Shown: positions 11,442 to 20,428 of the stretch, one piece after another
How the letters are laid out: each line of letters begins with the position of its first letter
Position numbering within the stretch: the stretch's first letter is position 1
Origin: an uncultured Gammaproteobacteria bacterium
GTDB lineage: Bacteria; Patescibacteriota; Patescibacteriia; 2-01-FULL-39-33
DNA length: 64,000 nucleotides
NCBI GenBank assembly: GCA_964558935.1
Contig: CAZLFP010000002.1
Coordinates: 16,356-80,355, forward strand
Direction: 5' to 3'
Notes under the pieces: model-generated
What the model was told of the DNA's origin: nothing
What the model saw: the letters and a program-made list of their open reading frames with translations, nothing else
Databases searched by the model: none
Made by a program: the position numbers and the translations under genes

Positions 11442-12671
11442 ATGCGACGTCAGGAATTTAAAGCTTTGAGCTTGCCCAACGGTTTGGACATATATTACTT
11501 GCGAGATAAGACTGTTAGTTTTGTCAGCCTGAAAATACTGCTGGCTGTAGGTAGTGAAGATAATTTGCCTGATCGTAATGGCTATGCCCATGCAGTGGAA
11601 CATCAGTTCTTTCATATCCCTAGCCTTGATGGCAAAAGTTTGTTGGATCATTGCAAAAAACTGGGTTACAAGATTAACGCTTCAACTGGACCCAGTTGGG
11701 TAGAGATTGAGCTTAAAGTGCCAACGACAGCTTTTGTTGAAATCTGGCCGTTGGTTCTGGAAATGATGACCTGTCCTCAATTGGGCACAGGCCTAAAAAA
11801 GGAAAAACAGGTAATTATCCAGGAAAGAATAGGTAATTCCACCATCTCTTTTTACGGCGCTATCTTTGGTCGAGCAGCTGAGGAGTACGGTAATCCTAGC
11901 TTAGCCTGCTTATCCCCTGATTGTCGTTTAGGAACAAACCAGGACATATTGGGGATGACATCACAAAAACTGTCAACTTTTTGGCGAAAGCACTTTGCCA
12001 ATAGCGTCAGATATCTCATAGTAACTGGTAATTGCGATCTGGAGATGATAGCTCATGATCTTAGCCAGTTGCCAGCTTTTGTAGCACCAAACAGGTCAGC
12101 GGAATTACCGATTCCGCCAGACCAAACAGTGCACCGCCTGTCTCTAAAAGAGAGTACTGGGGTGGTCAGACCCGAGCCCGGTGTTCTCATGTCTCCTCTT
12201 ATGATTTGGCCGTGCCGCACTTGTCAGGATTTGGATTTGATCAGTGATCTGATCGAGGATTTACTGCGCCGTCAGTTGTTTGAATTGATTCGCAATCAGA
12301 CAGGTGGTATGTACGACCTTAAATTCGAATCCTTTTTCAAACAGGAGGTTAAAATCATGCTTGGTATGTCTGTTTTACCCTTGAAAACAGGCAGTCAACT
12401 CATACAGCAGGTGGTGGATCAGGTTTTCTGTCAGAAGTTGTCTCAAGAGTGGTTTGCAGTCTCCAAACAGGCTCAGCTAATCGATCTTGAGGTGCTTGAC
12501 CAAACCCTGGGTAACAGGCTGGTTGAAACCAAACAGATGCTGGCAGATCATGGACAGATTCTAACCTTGAAACAACAGGTGGATTTCTATCAGAATTTGA
12601 CCTACCAGCAGGCAGATGAAGTTTGGTCTGTCATGCGTGACAGACTGCTCATGTTTGATATCCAACCCTAA
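11442..12671 (+). CDS. M16-family (pitrilysin/insulinase-like) zinc peptidase
   Basis: Inverted zincin motif HAVEH near the N-terminus. 409 aa. Confidence 0.65.
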   Translation: MRRQEFKALSLPNGLDIYYLRDKTVSFVSLKILLAVGSEDNLPDRNGYAHAVEHQFFHIPSLDGKSLLDHCKKLGYKINASTGPSWVEIELKVPTTAFVEIWPLVLEMMTCPQLGTGLKKEKQVIIQERIGNSTISFYGAIFGRAAEEYGNPSLACLSPDCRLGTNQDILGMTSQKLSTFWRKHFANSVRYLIVTGNCDLEMIAHDLSQLPAFVAPNRSAELPIPPDQTVHRLSLKESTGVVRPEPGVLMSPLMIWPCRTCQDLDLISDLIEDLLRRQLFELIRNQTGGMYDLKFESFFKQEVKIMLGMSVLPLKTGSQLIQQVVDQVFCQKLSQEWFAVSKQAQLIDLEVLDQTLGNRLVETKQMLADHGQILTLKQQVDFYQNLTYQQADEVWSVMRDRLLMFDIQP

Positions 12672-12745
12672 TCCATTTAAGTGGCTACTCAGCTAGTAGC
12701 CACTTTTTTTAATCCTGTAAATATTTATGGTATAATGTAAACAAT

Positions 12746-13159
12746 ATGCAAGACACTCCAAACTGGGAAAAGATAGATTTTACCATTTATTTCTCCTTCT
12801 TAAAATGGCCGGTTATTCTGGCTATTGTCTTGGAATTGTTTTTAAGAAGCTGGGCTTGGTATCAAGTGGGTATTGTTTCAGATAATTTAGATATGCTGGT
12901 TTGGCTGGTCAGATTACTGATCTTAACCGTCATTGGTTGGCGCGTTATCAAGAATTTTGGCGGTCATACAGCCGTCGCAGCCATGGCCGGTGCTTTAGCT
13001 GGTTTGCAAATCGGTTTGGTTGTATCAGTCTCGCGTTTGTTGGGAGGCTTGCAAGTTTGGAAAATATTTAACATTGTAACCGAAACCACTGTCTTAGCTG
13101 TTATTGGATCATTAATGGCCATTGCCATTACTTTTATTTTTACAGATCGTCGTAATTAA
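12746..13159 (+). CDS. Small integral membrane protein (hypothetical)
   Basis: 137 aa with four predicted TM helices. Confidence 0.5.
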   Translation: MQDTPNWEKIDFTIYFSFLKWPVILAIVLELFLRSWAWYQVGIVSDNLDMLVWLVRLLILTVIGWRVIKNFGGHTAVAAMAGALAGLQIGLVVSVSRLLGGLQVWKIFNIVTETTVLAVIGSLMAIAITFIFTDRRN

Positions 13160-13170
13160 TAACATACTAA

Positions 13171-13488
13171 ATGACTAAAAAAACTTTTGACAAAAAAGAT
13201 ATTGAAGACAACAAAGGTGTAGCTGCTATCTCATATCTATTCCTACTTTGTCTGGTACCTTTATTTTTAAAAAAAGACAGTCCTTATGCTCAAGCTCATG
13301 CCAAGCAAGGTTTGTCTATGTGTATTTTGTGGTTACTGGGAGTCTTTTTTTTCTGGATTCCCCTCTTCGGTTGGTTGCTTTGGCTAGTTATGTTTTTTAC
13401 CGCCATCATGTCAGCTTTGAAAGCTTGGAATGGTGAATATTGGGAAATACCTATTATTAAAGAAATTACCAAAGCCCTTAATTTATGA
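13171..13488 (+). CDS. Small integral membrane protein (DUF4870-like, tentative)
   Basis: 105 aa. Two TM helices. HAKQG motif. Confidence 0.45.
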   Translation: MTKKTFDKKDIEDNKGVAAISYLFLLCLVPLFLKKDSPYAQAHAKQGLSMCILWLLGVFFFWIPLFGWLLWLVMFFTAIMSALKAWNGEYWEIPIIKEITKALNL

Positions 13489-14978
13489 AAAGAACTAAAA
13501 TTGTTGCCACCATTGGTCCCGCTTCCGAGACTAAAACCATGATTAAAAGCTTAATTAAGGCCGGTATGAATGTAGCCAGGCTTAATTTTTCTCACGGCAC
13601 CTATGAGCATCACCAGTTGCTGATTAACAACCTAAGATCTGTTTCAGATCAAACAAAAGCCAATTTGGCTTTAATTCAAGATTTACAAGGACCCAGAATT
13701 AGAATCGGAGATGTCGCCGAAGAGGGCATAAAAGTAGACAAGGGTGACCAAGTCATTCTGGTGCCGGAAAACCACATCGTACCCATTAAAGCCTTGAATT
13801 TGTATGTTCCAATTCAATATCCGGAATTATACCAAGAAGTTAAAGTGGGCCACCCGGTTTTAATTGATGATGCCACTATTGAACTGCAAGTTAAAGCCAT
13901 TAAACACAAGGCCATCCATTGCCAGGTTAAGGTTGGAGGTATCATTAAGAGCCACAAGGGCATGAATTTCCCTCAGTCTTTAATTAAATGTCCGCCAATT
14001 ACAGACAAAGACTGGCAGGATTTGGATTTTGGCATAAAGAATAACGTGGAATACGTAGCCATGTCCTTTGTTAAAGACCCGGAAGATATATACAAGTTAA
14101 GACGCAAGATTTTTAGTTTGGAAAGAAAGTATGGACATGTAATCAAAGGCGATCTGAAAAAGCCTTCAGCTACCGGCAAAGTCAGTGGTGTGCATACCAG
14201 AATTATCGCTAAAATAGAAAGAAGAGAGGCGGTCAAGAATTTCAACAAGATTTTGGAAGCAGCTGACGGCATTATGGTGGCGCGAGGAGATCTGGGTATT
14301 GAAATGCCGTTTGAAGATTTACCTTTAATCCAAAAAAAGATCATAGATAAATGTCGCAAAGCCGGCAAGCCGGTAATCGTAGCCACTCAAATGCTTGATT
14401 CCATGATTCGAAATCCGGTTCCAACCAGAGCTGAAGTATCAGACGTCGCCAATGCGATTTTAGACGGCACAGACGCTATAATGCTGTCCGGTGAATCTGC
14501 GACTGGCAAATATCCGCTCAAGGCAGTCCAAGCCATGACTAGAATCGCCAATGAAGTGGAAGACAGGATGATCGCTGACCAAGAAATACAAGAAAACAAG
14601 TTCAAGAATCTAAGCTCCATTACTCAGATTATGAGCTTTATGGCTCAAGATTTGGCGGAAGATGTAACCAATGCCAAGCTGATTGTCTGTGCCACCACCT
14701 CCGGCTTTACAGCCAGAAACATTTCCAGATTCAGATCAGTTGTCCCGATTGTGGCAGTGGCACCTGCCGTTAAAACCATCAATCAGCTAAGCTTGTCTTG
14801 GGGGGCTACTTCTTACCAGGTTAAATTCACTTCTTCTTTTAACACCTTATTAACCAAGATTAAACAATTAGTTTTAACTCACAAGCTGGCCAAAAAAGGA
14901 GATACGATTGTAGCGGTGGCCGGCCATCCTTTTGGCTTCAAGGGCCAGACCAATCTAATTAAAGTTGAAATACTCTAA
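13485..14978 (+). CDS. pyk: Pyruvate kinase
   Basis: N-terminus TKIVATIGPASE ... NVARLNFSHG. 497 aa. Start overlaps the previous stop. Confidence 0.95.
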   Translation: MKRTKIVATIGPASETKTMIKSLIKAGMNVARLNFSHGTYEHHQLLINNLRSVSDQTKANLALIQDLQGPRIRIGDVAEEGIKVDKGDQVILVPENHIVPIKALNLYVPIQYPELYQEVKVGHPVLIDDATIELQVKAIKHKAIHCQVKVGGIIKSHKGMNFPQSLIKCPPITDKDWQDLDFGIKNNVEYVAMSFVKDPEDIYKLRRKIFSLERKYGHVIKGDLKKPSATGKVSGVHTRIIAKIERREAVKNFNKILEAADGIMVARGDLGIEMPFEDLPLIQKKIIDKCRKAGKPVIVATQMLDSMIRNPVPTRAEVSDVANAILDGTDAIMLSGESATGKYPLKAVQAMTRIANEVEDRMIADQEIQENKFKNLSSITQIMSFMAQDLAEDVTNAKLIVCATTSGFTARNISRFRSVVPIVAVAPAVKTINQLSLSWGATSYQVKFTSSFNTLLTKIKQLVLTHKLAKKGDTIVAVAGHPFGFKGQTNLIKVEIL

Positions 14979-14981
14979 GCT

Positions 14982-17357
14982 ATGCTTAAAACAAAGAACA
15001 TTCTATGGTTTAAAGATGTTGGTTTAAAAGATATTGGCTTAGTCGGCGGTAAGAATGCTTCTTTGGGTGAAATGTATCAAAGATTAAAGCCATTAGGTAT
15101 TGAAGTGCCTAATGGTTTTATAGTTACAGCAGCCGCTTACCAAAAATTTATTCGACAGGCGAAATTAAAAAAAATCATTTCTAACTTGCTGAAAACCACC
15201 ACTAAGAAAAATCTAAGTGCCAGAGGTAAAAAAATACGAGGCCTAATCTTGCAAGCAGAACTGCCTCAACTTCTGCAACAAGAGATAATAACCGCTTATG
15301 AACAGCTATCTAAGACATATCAAAATGAATACACGGATGTTGCTGTCAGGTCTTCAGCCACTGCCGAAGATTTGCCAACCGCCTCTTTTGCCGGACAACA
15401 AGAATCATATTTGAATATTCAAGGACAAGAGGCTTTGCTCAAAGCCGTTAGAAGATGTTTTGCTTCCCTCTTTACAGACCGCGCCATTTCATACCGCATG
15501 GACCAGCAGTTTAAACATGACAAAGTCTTGATTTCGGTTGGTGTACAGAAAATGGTTAGGTCTGACCTGGCCAGTGCCGGAGTCATGTTTACCATTGATA
15601 CTGAATCCGGTAACGATAATGTGATTTTAATTAACGCCGCTTATGGCTTGGGAGAATACGTGGTTAAGGGTACGGTTAATCCGGATGAATATTATGTTTT
15701 TAAAGGTACTTTAAATGAGAAATATCAGCCGATAATTTCCAGACAAGTGGGAGACAAGGTTAAAAAATTGGTTTATTCGAAAGATACTAATCAGCCGACT
15801 GTTGGCAAAACGGTTAAGCCTCAAGCTAGATTAAGATATGTGTTAACAGATCAAGAAATTTTACAATTAGCGAAATGGGGTCTTAAGATTGAACAATATT
15901 ACCAAAGACCCATGGACATTGAATGGGCTAAAGATGGATTGGATCATAAACTATATATTGTTCAAGCCAGACCGGAAACAGTTGGTTCTCAAAGAGATAA
16001 AAATGTCTTGGAGGAATATCATTTAAATGCAACGGGTAAACTGATTATAACCGGTGATTCCGTAGGCATGAAGATTGGGCAAGGCCGAGCCAGGGTTATT
16101 AACAGTGTTAAGCAGTTGAAAAGTTTTAAGGCAGGCGAAGTGCTGGTTACAAAAATGACGGATCCGGATTGGGAGCCAATCATGAAGAAAGCGGCTGCGA
16201 TTGTAACGGATTCCGGAGGTAGGGTCTGTCACGCAGCTATTGTCTCACGCGAATTGGGAGTGCCGTGTGTTGTTGGTACTCAAAAAGCAACACGCCAAAT
16301 TAAGACCGGCCAACAAATTACAGTCAGCTGCGCTGAAGGTGAGATCGGTAAAATATACAACGGTCTTATTCCGTTTGAAATTAGAGAAACAAATTTAAAA
16401 AAATTACCCAAGCCCAAAACTAAGATTATGATGAACGTGGGTAATCCTTATTTGGCTCTGTCTGCCTCTTTTATACCCAACGACGGAGTGGGGCTGGCCA
16501 GAGAAGAATTCATTATTTCCAATTACATCAAAGTTCATCCTCTGGCCTTGCTTAAATATGATCAGATAAAAGATGACAAAGTTAAAAAGCAAATAGATAA
16601 GTTAACTGCCAATCATGCTCAGAAGCCGGATTTTTTTACCGATAAATTAGCGGAAGGCATCGGCATGATTGCCGCCGCCTATTATCCCAAGGATGTGATA
16701 ATTAGATTGTCAGATTTTAAATCCAATGAATATGCAAATTTAATCGGTGGTTCTCAGTTTGAACCAGATGAACCCAATCCCATGTTAGGATGGCGAGGAG
16801 CTTCTCGTTACTATTCTGACAATTACAAACAAGCCTTTATCTTGGAATGTAAAGCTCTTAAAAAGGTTAGAGATGATTTTGGTTTGGACAATATTAAAAT
16901 CATGGTACCTTTCTGTAGAACAATTGAAGAAGGTAAGAAGGTTATACAAATTTTAAAAGATAATGATCTAAAACAAGGCGTCAAAGGTTTGGAAATCTAC
17001 GTCATGTGTGAAATACCTTCCAATGTCATTTTAGCTGAAGAATTTGCTCAGATTTTCGATGGTTTTTCCATTGGCTCCAATGATTTAACCCAGTTAGCTT
17101 TGGGTGTAGACAGGGATTCAGAATTAGTGGCTGATGTGTATGATGAGAGAAACCAGGCGGTCAAAGATTTAATCTCTCAGGTGATTAAAGTTGCCAGAAA
17201 ACACAAAAAGAAAATTGGCATTTGCGGACAAGCCCCTTCGGATTTTCCAGACTTTGCTCAATTTTTAGTTTCCCAGAAGATAGACAGTATTTCCTTGGTA
17301 CCAGATACGGTGATTAAGACGACCTTAGCGGTTTTGAAGCAAGAAAAAAAGAAATAA
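14982..17357 (+). CDS. ppsA: Phosphoenolpyruvate synthase (pyruvate, water dikinase)
   Basis: 791 aa. N-terminal ATP-grasp region (GGKNASLGEM). Phospho-histidine motif GGRVCHAAIVSRELGVPCVVG. C-terminal PEP-utilising domain. Confidence 0.9.
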   Translation: MLKTKNILWFKDVGLKDIGLVGGKNASLGEMYQRLKPLGIEVPNGFIVTAAAYQKFIRQAKLKKIISNLLKTTTKKNLSARGKKIRGLILQAELPQLLQQEIITAYEQLSKTYQNEYTDVAVRSSATAEDLPTASFAGQQESYLNIQGQEALLKAVRRCFASLFTDRAISYRMDQQFKHDKVLISVGVQKMVRSDLASAGVMFTIDTESGNDNVILINAAYGLGEYVVKGTVNPDEYYVFKGTLNEKYQPIISRQVGDKVKKLVYSKDTNQPTVGKTVKPQARLRYVLTDQEILQLAKWGLKIEQYYQRPMDIEWAKDGLDHKLYIVQARPETVGSQRDKNVLEEYHLNATGKLIITGDSVGMKIGQGRARVINSVKQLKSFKAGEVLVTKMTDPDWEPIMKKAAAIVTDSGGRVCHAAIVSRELGVPCVVGTQKATRQIKTGQQITVSCAEGEIGKIYNGLIPFEIRETNLKKLPKPKTKIMMNVGNPYLALSASFIPNDGVGLAREEFIISNYIKVHPLALLKYDQIKDDKVKKQIDKLTANHAQKPDFFTDKLAEGIGMIAAAYYPKDVIIRLSDFKSNEYANLIGGSQFEPDEPNPMLGWRGASRYYSDNYKQAFILECKALKKVRDDFGLDNIKIMVPFCRTIEEGKKVIQILKDNDLKQGVKGLEIYVMCEIPSNVILAEEFAQIFDGFSIGSNDLTQLALGVDRDSELVADVYDERNQAVKDLISQVIKVARKHKKKIGICGQAPSDFPDFAQFLVSQKIDSISLVPDTVIKTTLAVLKQEKKK

Positions 17358-17370
17358 TTATTGGTTAGAG

Positions 17371-17402
17371 AGCAGCCTGCTTTTTCGCAGGCTGTTTTTT
17401 GT
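17371..17402 (+). terminator. Rho-independent terminator after ppsA
   Basis: CAGCCTGC tttttc GCAGGCTG followed by TTTTTTG. Confidence 0.75.
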
Positions 17403-17403
17403 T

Positions 17404-17436
17404 TTGACATGATTGAAAAAGTAGTGTACAATGAAA
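17404..17436 (+). promoter_or_regulatory. Promoter TTGACA, 17 nt, TACAAT driving the GC-rich small-ORF locus
   Basis: Read directly. Begins 2 nt after the ppsA terminator. Confidence 0.55.
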
Positions 17437-17469
17437 AGTACGATTTTAAAAAAGAAAGGAGGGATAAGG

Positions 17470-17523
17470 TTGGAAGAGTCGACCAAACGCGGACCGCCGA
17501 AGTACACCAGATTCCATGGTTAG
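17470..17523 (+). CDS. Candidate 17-aa peptide (MEESTKRGPPKYTRFHG) with perfect SD; TTG start
   Basis: AAAGGAGGG lies 6 nt upstream of TTG. It terminates at TAG. Could be a leader peptide or a spurious ORF. Confidence 0.2.
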   Translation: MEESTKRGPPKYTRFHG

Positions 17524-17559
17524 GCCACCAAGGATCACAACAGGAGATGTGTATGAAGG

Positions 17560-17657
17560 CGAAGATTGAGCAGTTGGAACTGGTCAAGGAGAACAAGCGG
17601 AAATCTGGTCGCGAACCTCATCGGCGGCCCAAGCATCTGATCAAGGGAGGGAAGTGA
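17560..17657 (+). CDS. Candidate small basic protein (about 32 aa, K/R-rich)
   Basis: CAGGAG SD lies 6 nt upstream of ATG. Sequence MKAKIEQLELVKENKRKSGREPHRRPKHLIKGGK. GC-rich. Confidence 0.3.
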
Positions 17658-17854
17658 TGGGTCAAAAACAGCTTTATGAGTACCGGGTCAATTGGCTGGA
17701 GAATGGACAAGTTCAGACAGCGCTGTTGGAGATGACCCAAGCCGAGGGGTTGCAGTACCGGAGGGTGCTAATCAACAAGCCCGGCGTTTCGAATGTCAGT
17801 ATCACTAGCAATGGCCCGGTTCGGCCAGAGCTGCAACCGGTCATGACTGGCTAA
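17657..17854 (+). CDS. Hypothetical 65-aa protein, translationally coupled (GTGATGG overlap)
   Basis: AAGGGAGGG SD lies 5 nt upstream of ATG. Elevated GC. No known motif. Confidence 0.45.
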   Translation: MGQKQLYEYRVNWLENGQVQTALLEMTQAEGLQYRRVLINKPGVSNVSITSNGPVRPELQPVMTG

Positions 17855-17862
17855 CACAATTA

Positions 17863-17897
17863 AGCCTGGTTATTTACTCATAATAGCCAGGCTTTTA
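17863..17897 (+). terminator. Putative terminator (7-bp stem AGCCTGG/CCAGGCT, long loop, TTTT)
   Basis: Read directly. Weaker than the other terminators in the window. Confidence 0.35.
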
Positions 17898-17933
17898 AAA
17901 TTGCTTTACAGCTCCAAGTCTATTACAATATAG

Positions 17934-18734
17934 ATGACTATGATAAATTTTTTACACACCTTTAATCCTCAGCCCATTTTTCTGGACTTGGGACCCATCA
18001 GTATTCGGTACTACGGTCTTCTAATTTGCGTGGGTTTAATCTTAGCTCTAATTTTGGTTGAACATTTGGCAAGATTAAAAAAAATTAACTTAGACGTGTA
18101 TGAATTGGGTTTTGTTTTGGCTTTATTTGGAATTTTAGGCGCCAGGTTATATGAAGTGGTGATTATTAATTGGTCATACTATGCTCAAGATTTACTAAGT
18201 ATATACAAAATATGGCAGGGTGGCTTAGCTATTCATGGCGCAGTAATTGCCGGTTTGTTGGTGCTTCTGTTTTACAGTCGTAAATATCATCTGCAATTTT
18301 GGTCTTTAACAGACATTATTGCTCCCGCTTTAGCTCTGGGTCAAGCCATTGGCAGATGGGGTAATTATTTTAACCAAGAATTGTACGGTAGACCAACTGA
18401 CGTAGCTTGGAGTATTCCAATTCAGCCGGCTAACAGATTGCCCGGTTACGAGCAGTTTATGTATTACCACCCGACTTTTTTGTATGAATCCCTTATGAAT
18501 TTAGGCCTATTTATTTTACTTTTTATACTGGTTAAAAAGGTTAAACAACCGGGTATTGTCACCTTGGTTTATTTGGCTGGGTATATGATGATACGGTTTA
18601 TAACTGAATATGTCAGGATAGATCCCACACCTCAGATTCTGGGTTTTAGATTACCTCAGTTGGCCGGTGTAATCATTTTTGGCTTTGTGTTAGGTATATA
18701 TTTATCTAATTTTAAACAAAAAAAGACTGTTTAA
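17934..18734 (+). CDS. lgt: Prolipoprotein diacylglyceryl transferase
   Basis: 266 aa, polytopic. Signature GRWGNYFNQELYG. Confidence 0.9.
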   Translation: MTMINFLHTFNPQPIFLDLGPISIRYYGLLICVGLILALILVEHLARLKKINLDVYELGFVLALFGILGARLYEVVIINWSYYAQDLLSIYKIWQGGLAIHGAVIAGLLVLLFYSRKYHLQFWSLTDIIAPALALGQAIGRWGNYFNQELYGRPTDVAWSIPIQPANRLPGYEQFMYYHPTFLYESLMNLGLFILLFILVKKVKQPGIVTLVYLAGYMMIRFITEYVRIDPTPQILGFRLPQLAGVIIFGFVLGIYLSNFKQKKTV

Positions 18735-18787
18735 ATGTAATTTATGATCAACAACAAATACGTCTGATGGCGTATTAGTTGTTATTA

Positions 18788-18816
18788 TTGACAAAAATCT
18801 TATTTTATGATATAAT
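18788..18816 (+). promoter_or_regulatory. Consensus promoter TTGACA, 17 nt, TATAAT for the GC-rich four-gene cassette
   Basis: ttgaca aaaatcttattttatga tataat read directly. Confidence 0.6.
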
Positions 18817-18926
18817 TATATATTCAATTAATCGTATTTATTCCCTTATTTGGCCTCTTTTCTGCCAAGTAAAAAGGGTGAAAGGAGGGAGTAATTTGAC
18901 AATGTATCAAATACAGGAGACTGTAA

Positions 18927-19181
18927 ATGGAGATTCGCGAAGTAGGTCGCAACTACCTGGCAGTCTTTGTTCAGGTAGTGAAAGAGAACAAACAGGGCAG
19001 AAAGGTCCCGGTGCCACGCATTGGGGTCTTGCAAGATTATGCCGGCAAAGTTCGGCGCCGTGTGACCAGTCGGGATGGTCATCTGACCTTGTGGATCCAT
19101 GCCTTTCATGGTACGGAAAAGCAAGTGAGGTTGACTGTCCACAACCAACCCAACGTAACTAAGCTGGTTAGTTGGGAATAG
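18927..19181 (+). CDS. Hypothetical 84-aa basic protein (cassette gene 1)
   Basis: CAGGAG SD lies 7 nt upstream of ATG. Its stop sits immediately before the next gene's SD. An alternative-frame ORF (18896-19162) was judged spurious. Confidence 0.5.
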   Translation: MEIREVGRNYLAVFVQVVKENKQGRKVPVPRIGVLQDYAGKVRRRVTSRDGHLTLWIHAFHGTEKQVRLTVHNQPNVTKLVSWE

Positions 19182-19190
19182 GAGGTAGTA

Positions 19191-19718
19191 ATGGCTCGAA
19201 ACCAGGGAGGCCAACCAGGCCAACAAACCAAGAAGGTGACCTGCAAAGGATGCGGTCGCCTCAATGAGGACGGTAATAAGTATTGCCCGTCCTGCGGCTG
19301 TGATCCAAAGTCCGGTAAGAAAGCCGGACCGACGAAAATCGAGTTCGAGATCGAGGTTACCTATAGTGGTGACTTTGGTCGCTACAACATCCGAGTCCAG
19401 GTCACCAAGAACGGCCAGGGTGAGGATGATGGAAAGGTATGGGTCAGCGGTTTTAAGCCGACTGACAAGGTGGTTGTTGGTTCAAATACCAACACATCCG
19501 GTGGGTGTCCCACCCACCTGGAACTGGATTTGGTCAAGGGCTTTACCACCTTTGACTATGAGTTTCAGGGTGGTAAACGTTTGCTTGAGTTTGCCGCCTG
19601 CGGTAACCAGGCTAACACCTATCTCAAGCTGCGTGGTCCCAAGTATACCTCGCAGCCTAACCAACGTTTTTGGCAGCGGTTGCGTGAGAGCATCCGCCAC
19701 AAACAAGGGAGAGATTAA
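19191..19718 (+). CDS. Hypothetical protein with N-terminal zinc ribbon (CKGCG-x10-CPSCGC) and beta-rich C-terminal domain (cassette gene 2)
   Basis: Strong SD TAGGAGGT lies 4 nt upstream of ATG. 175 aa. GC about 55-60%. Confidence 0.6.
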   Translation: MARNQGGQPGQQTKKVTCKGCGRLNEDGNKYCPSCGCDPKSGKKAGPTKIEFEIEVTYSGDFGRYNIRVQVTKNGQGEDDGKVWVSGFKPTDKVVVGSNTNTSGGCPTHLELDLVKGFTTFDYEFQGGKRLLEFAACGNQANTYLKLRGPKYTSQPNQRFWQRLRESIRHKQGRD

Positions 19719-19719
19719 C

Positions 19720-20412
19720 ATGTTTCTTTACTTCCTGCTGTTTGGGCTGGCCTGTTTGGCAGCCGTATTCTGTCTGGTTTGCCAGTGTATCTGGGGAGAC
19801 AGGCAGGAACCAGACGCGAATGGCCAGATCCGGATCTACAATCCGGGCATCGAGTTCCTTGCGTCGGTTCGAACCAATAATAACTGGTGGCCACTTCTGA
19901 CCCTGGTTATTCCAACCTTCTTTTGGGGAGCTTTTCTGGTCAGTGGTTTCGGCAGTCCCCCAATCACCACCACTGTGCGGGAAGCCTACGATTGGAGTTA
20001 CCAGCAGGCACAACCGCTGGGACAATCCAGTCGATTCAAGCGCACGGTGTTGGCTGTCGTGAGTGGCGGCAACACAGAATTGGAAGAGCTGCAAACTGAT
20101 ACCCAGCAAAAAAACTGGGTAGAACAGCTTGCACCTAAACCAATTCCCATTGTCTACCGGACCTGGTTTTGGTTTAAGGCGGCTCTGTTAACCAGCTTTC
20201 TCTGGTTGATGTTGTCGCCACTCTGCTTGGTTGACGAGCTGGTGATGGCCGCTAAAGAAGCGACCAAGCGCCAGACTGCGAAAGGAAAGGCGAAGGGTAG
20301 TTCCGGAGAGGCCGGAACAAGTTCCGGCGGATATAACATGACGTGGGACTGGATCGGTGATTTCGGTTCTGCGTTCTTTGGATACTGGTTGTCGTCGCTC
20401 AGTCGGCGATAA
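19720..20412 (+). CDS. Hypothetical polytopic membrane protein (cassette gene 3)
   Basis: ATG is 1 nt after the upstream stop (taaCatg) with GGGAGAG upstream. At least three hydrophobic helices. The ORF-track N-terminal extension from 19264 overlaps gene 2 and was rejected. Confidence 0.55.
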   Translation: MFLYFLLFGLACLAAVFCLVCQCIWGDRQEPDANGQIRIYNPGIEFLASVRTNNNWWPLLTLVIPTFFWGAFLVSGFGSPPITTTVREAYDWSYQQAQPLGQSSRFKRTVLAVVSGGNTELEELQTDTQQKNWVEQLAPKPIPIVYRTWFWFKAALLTSFLWLMLSPLCLVDELVMAAKEATKRQTAKGKAKGSSGEAGTSSGGYNMTWDWIGDFGSAFFGYWLSSLSRR

Positions 20413-20428
20413 AGCAAGGAGAACAGTT

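Noticed and set aside
19264-19719. ORF-track extension of the cassette membrane protein back to 19264 (382 aa).
   Set aside because: The extension overlaps the zinc-ribbon gene in another frame and reads as low-complexity Arg/Ser/Pro sequence. A proper SD and ATG exist at 19720 right after the upstream stop.
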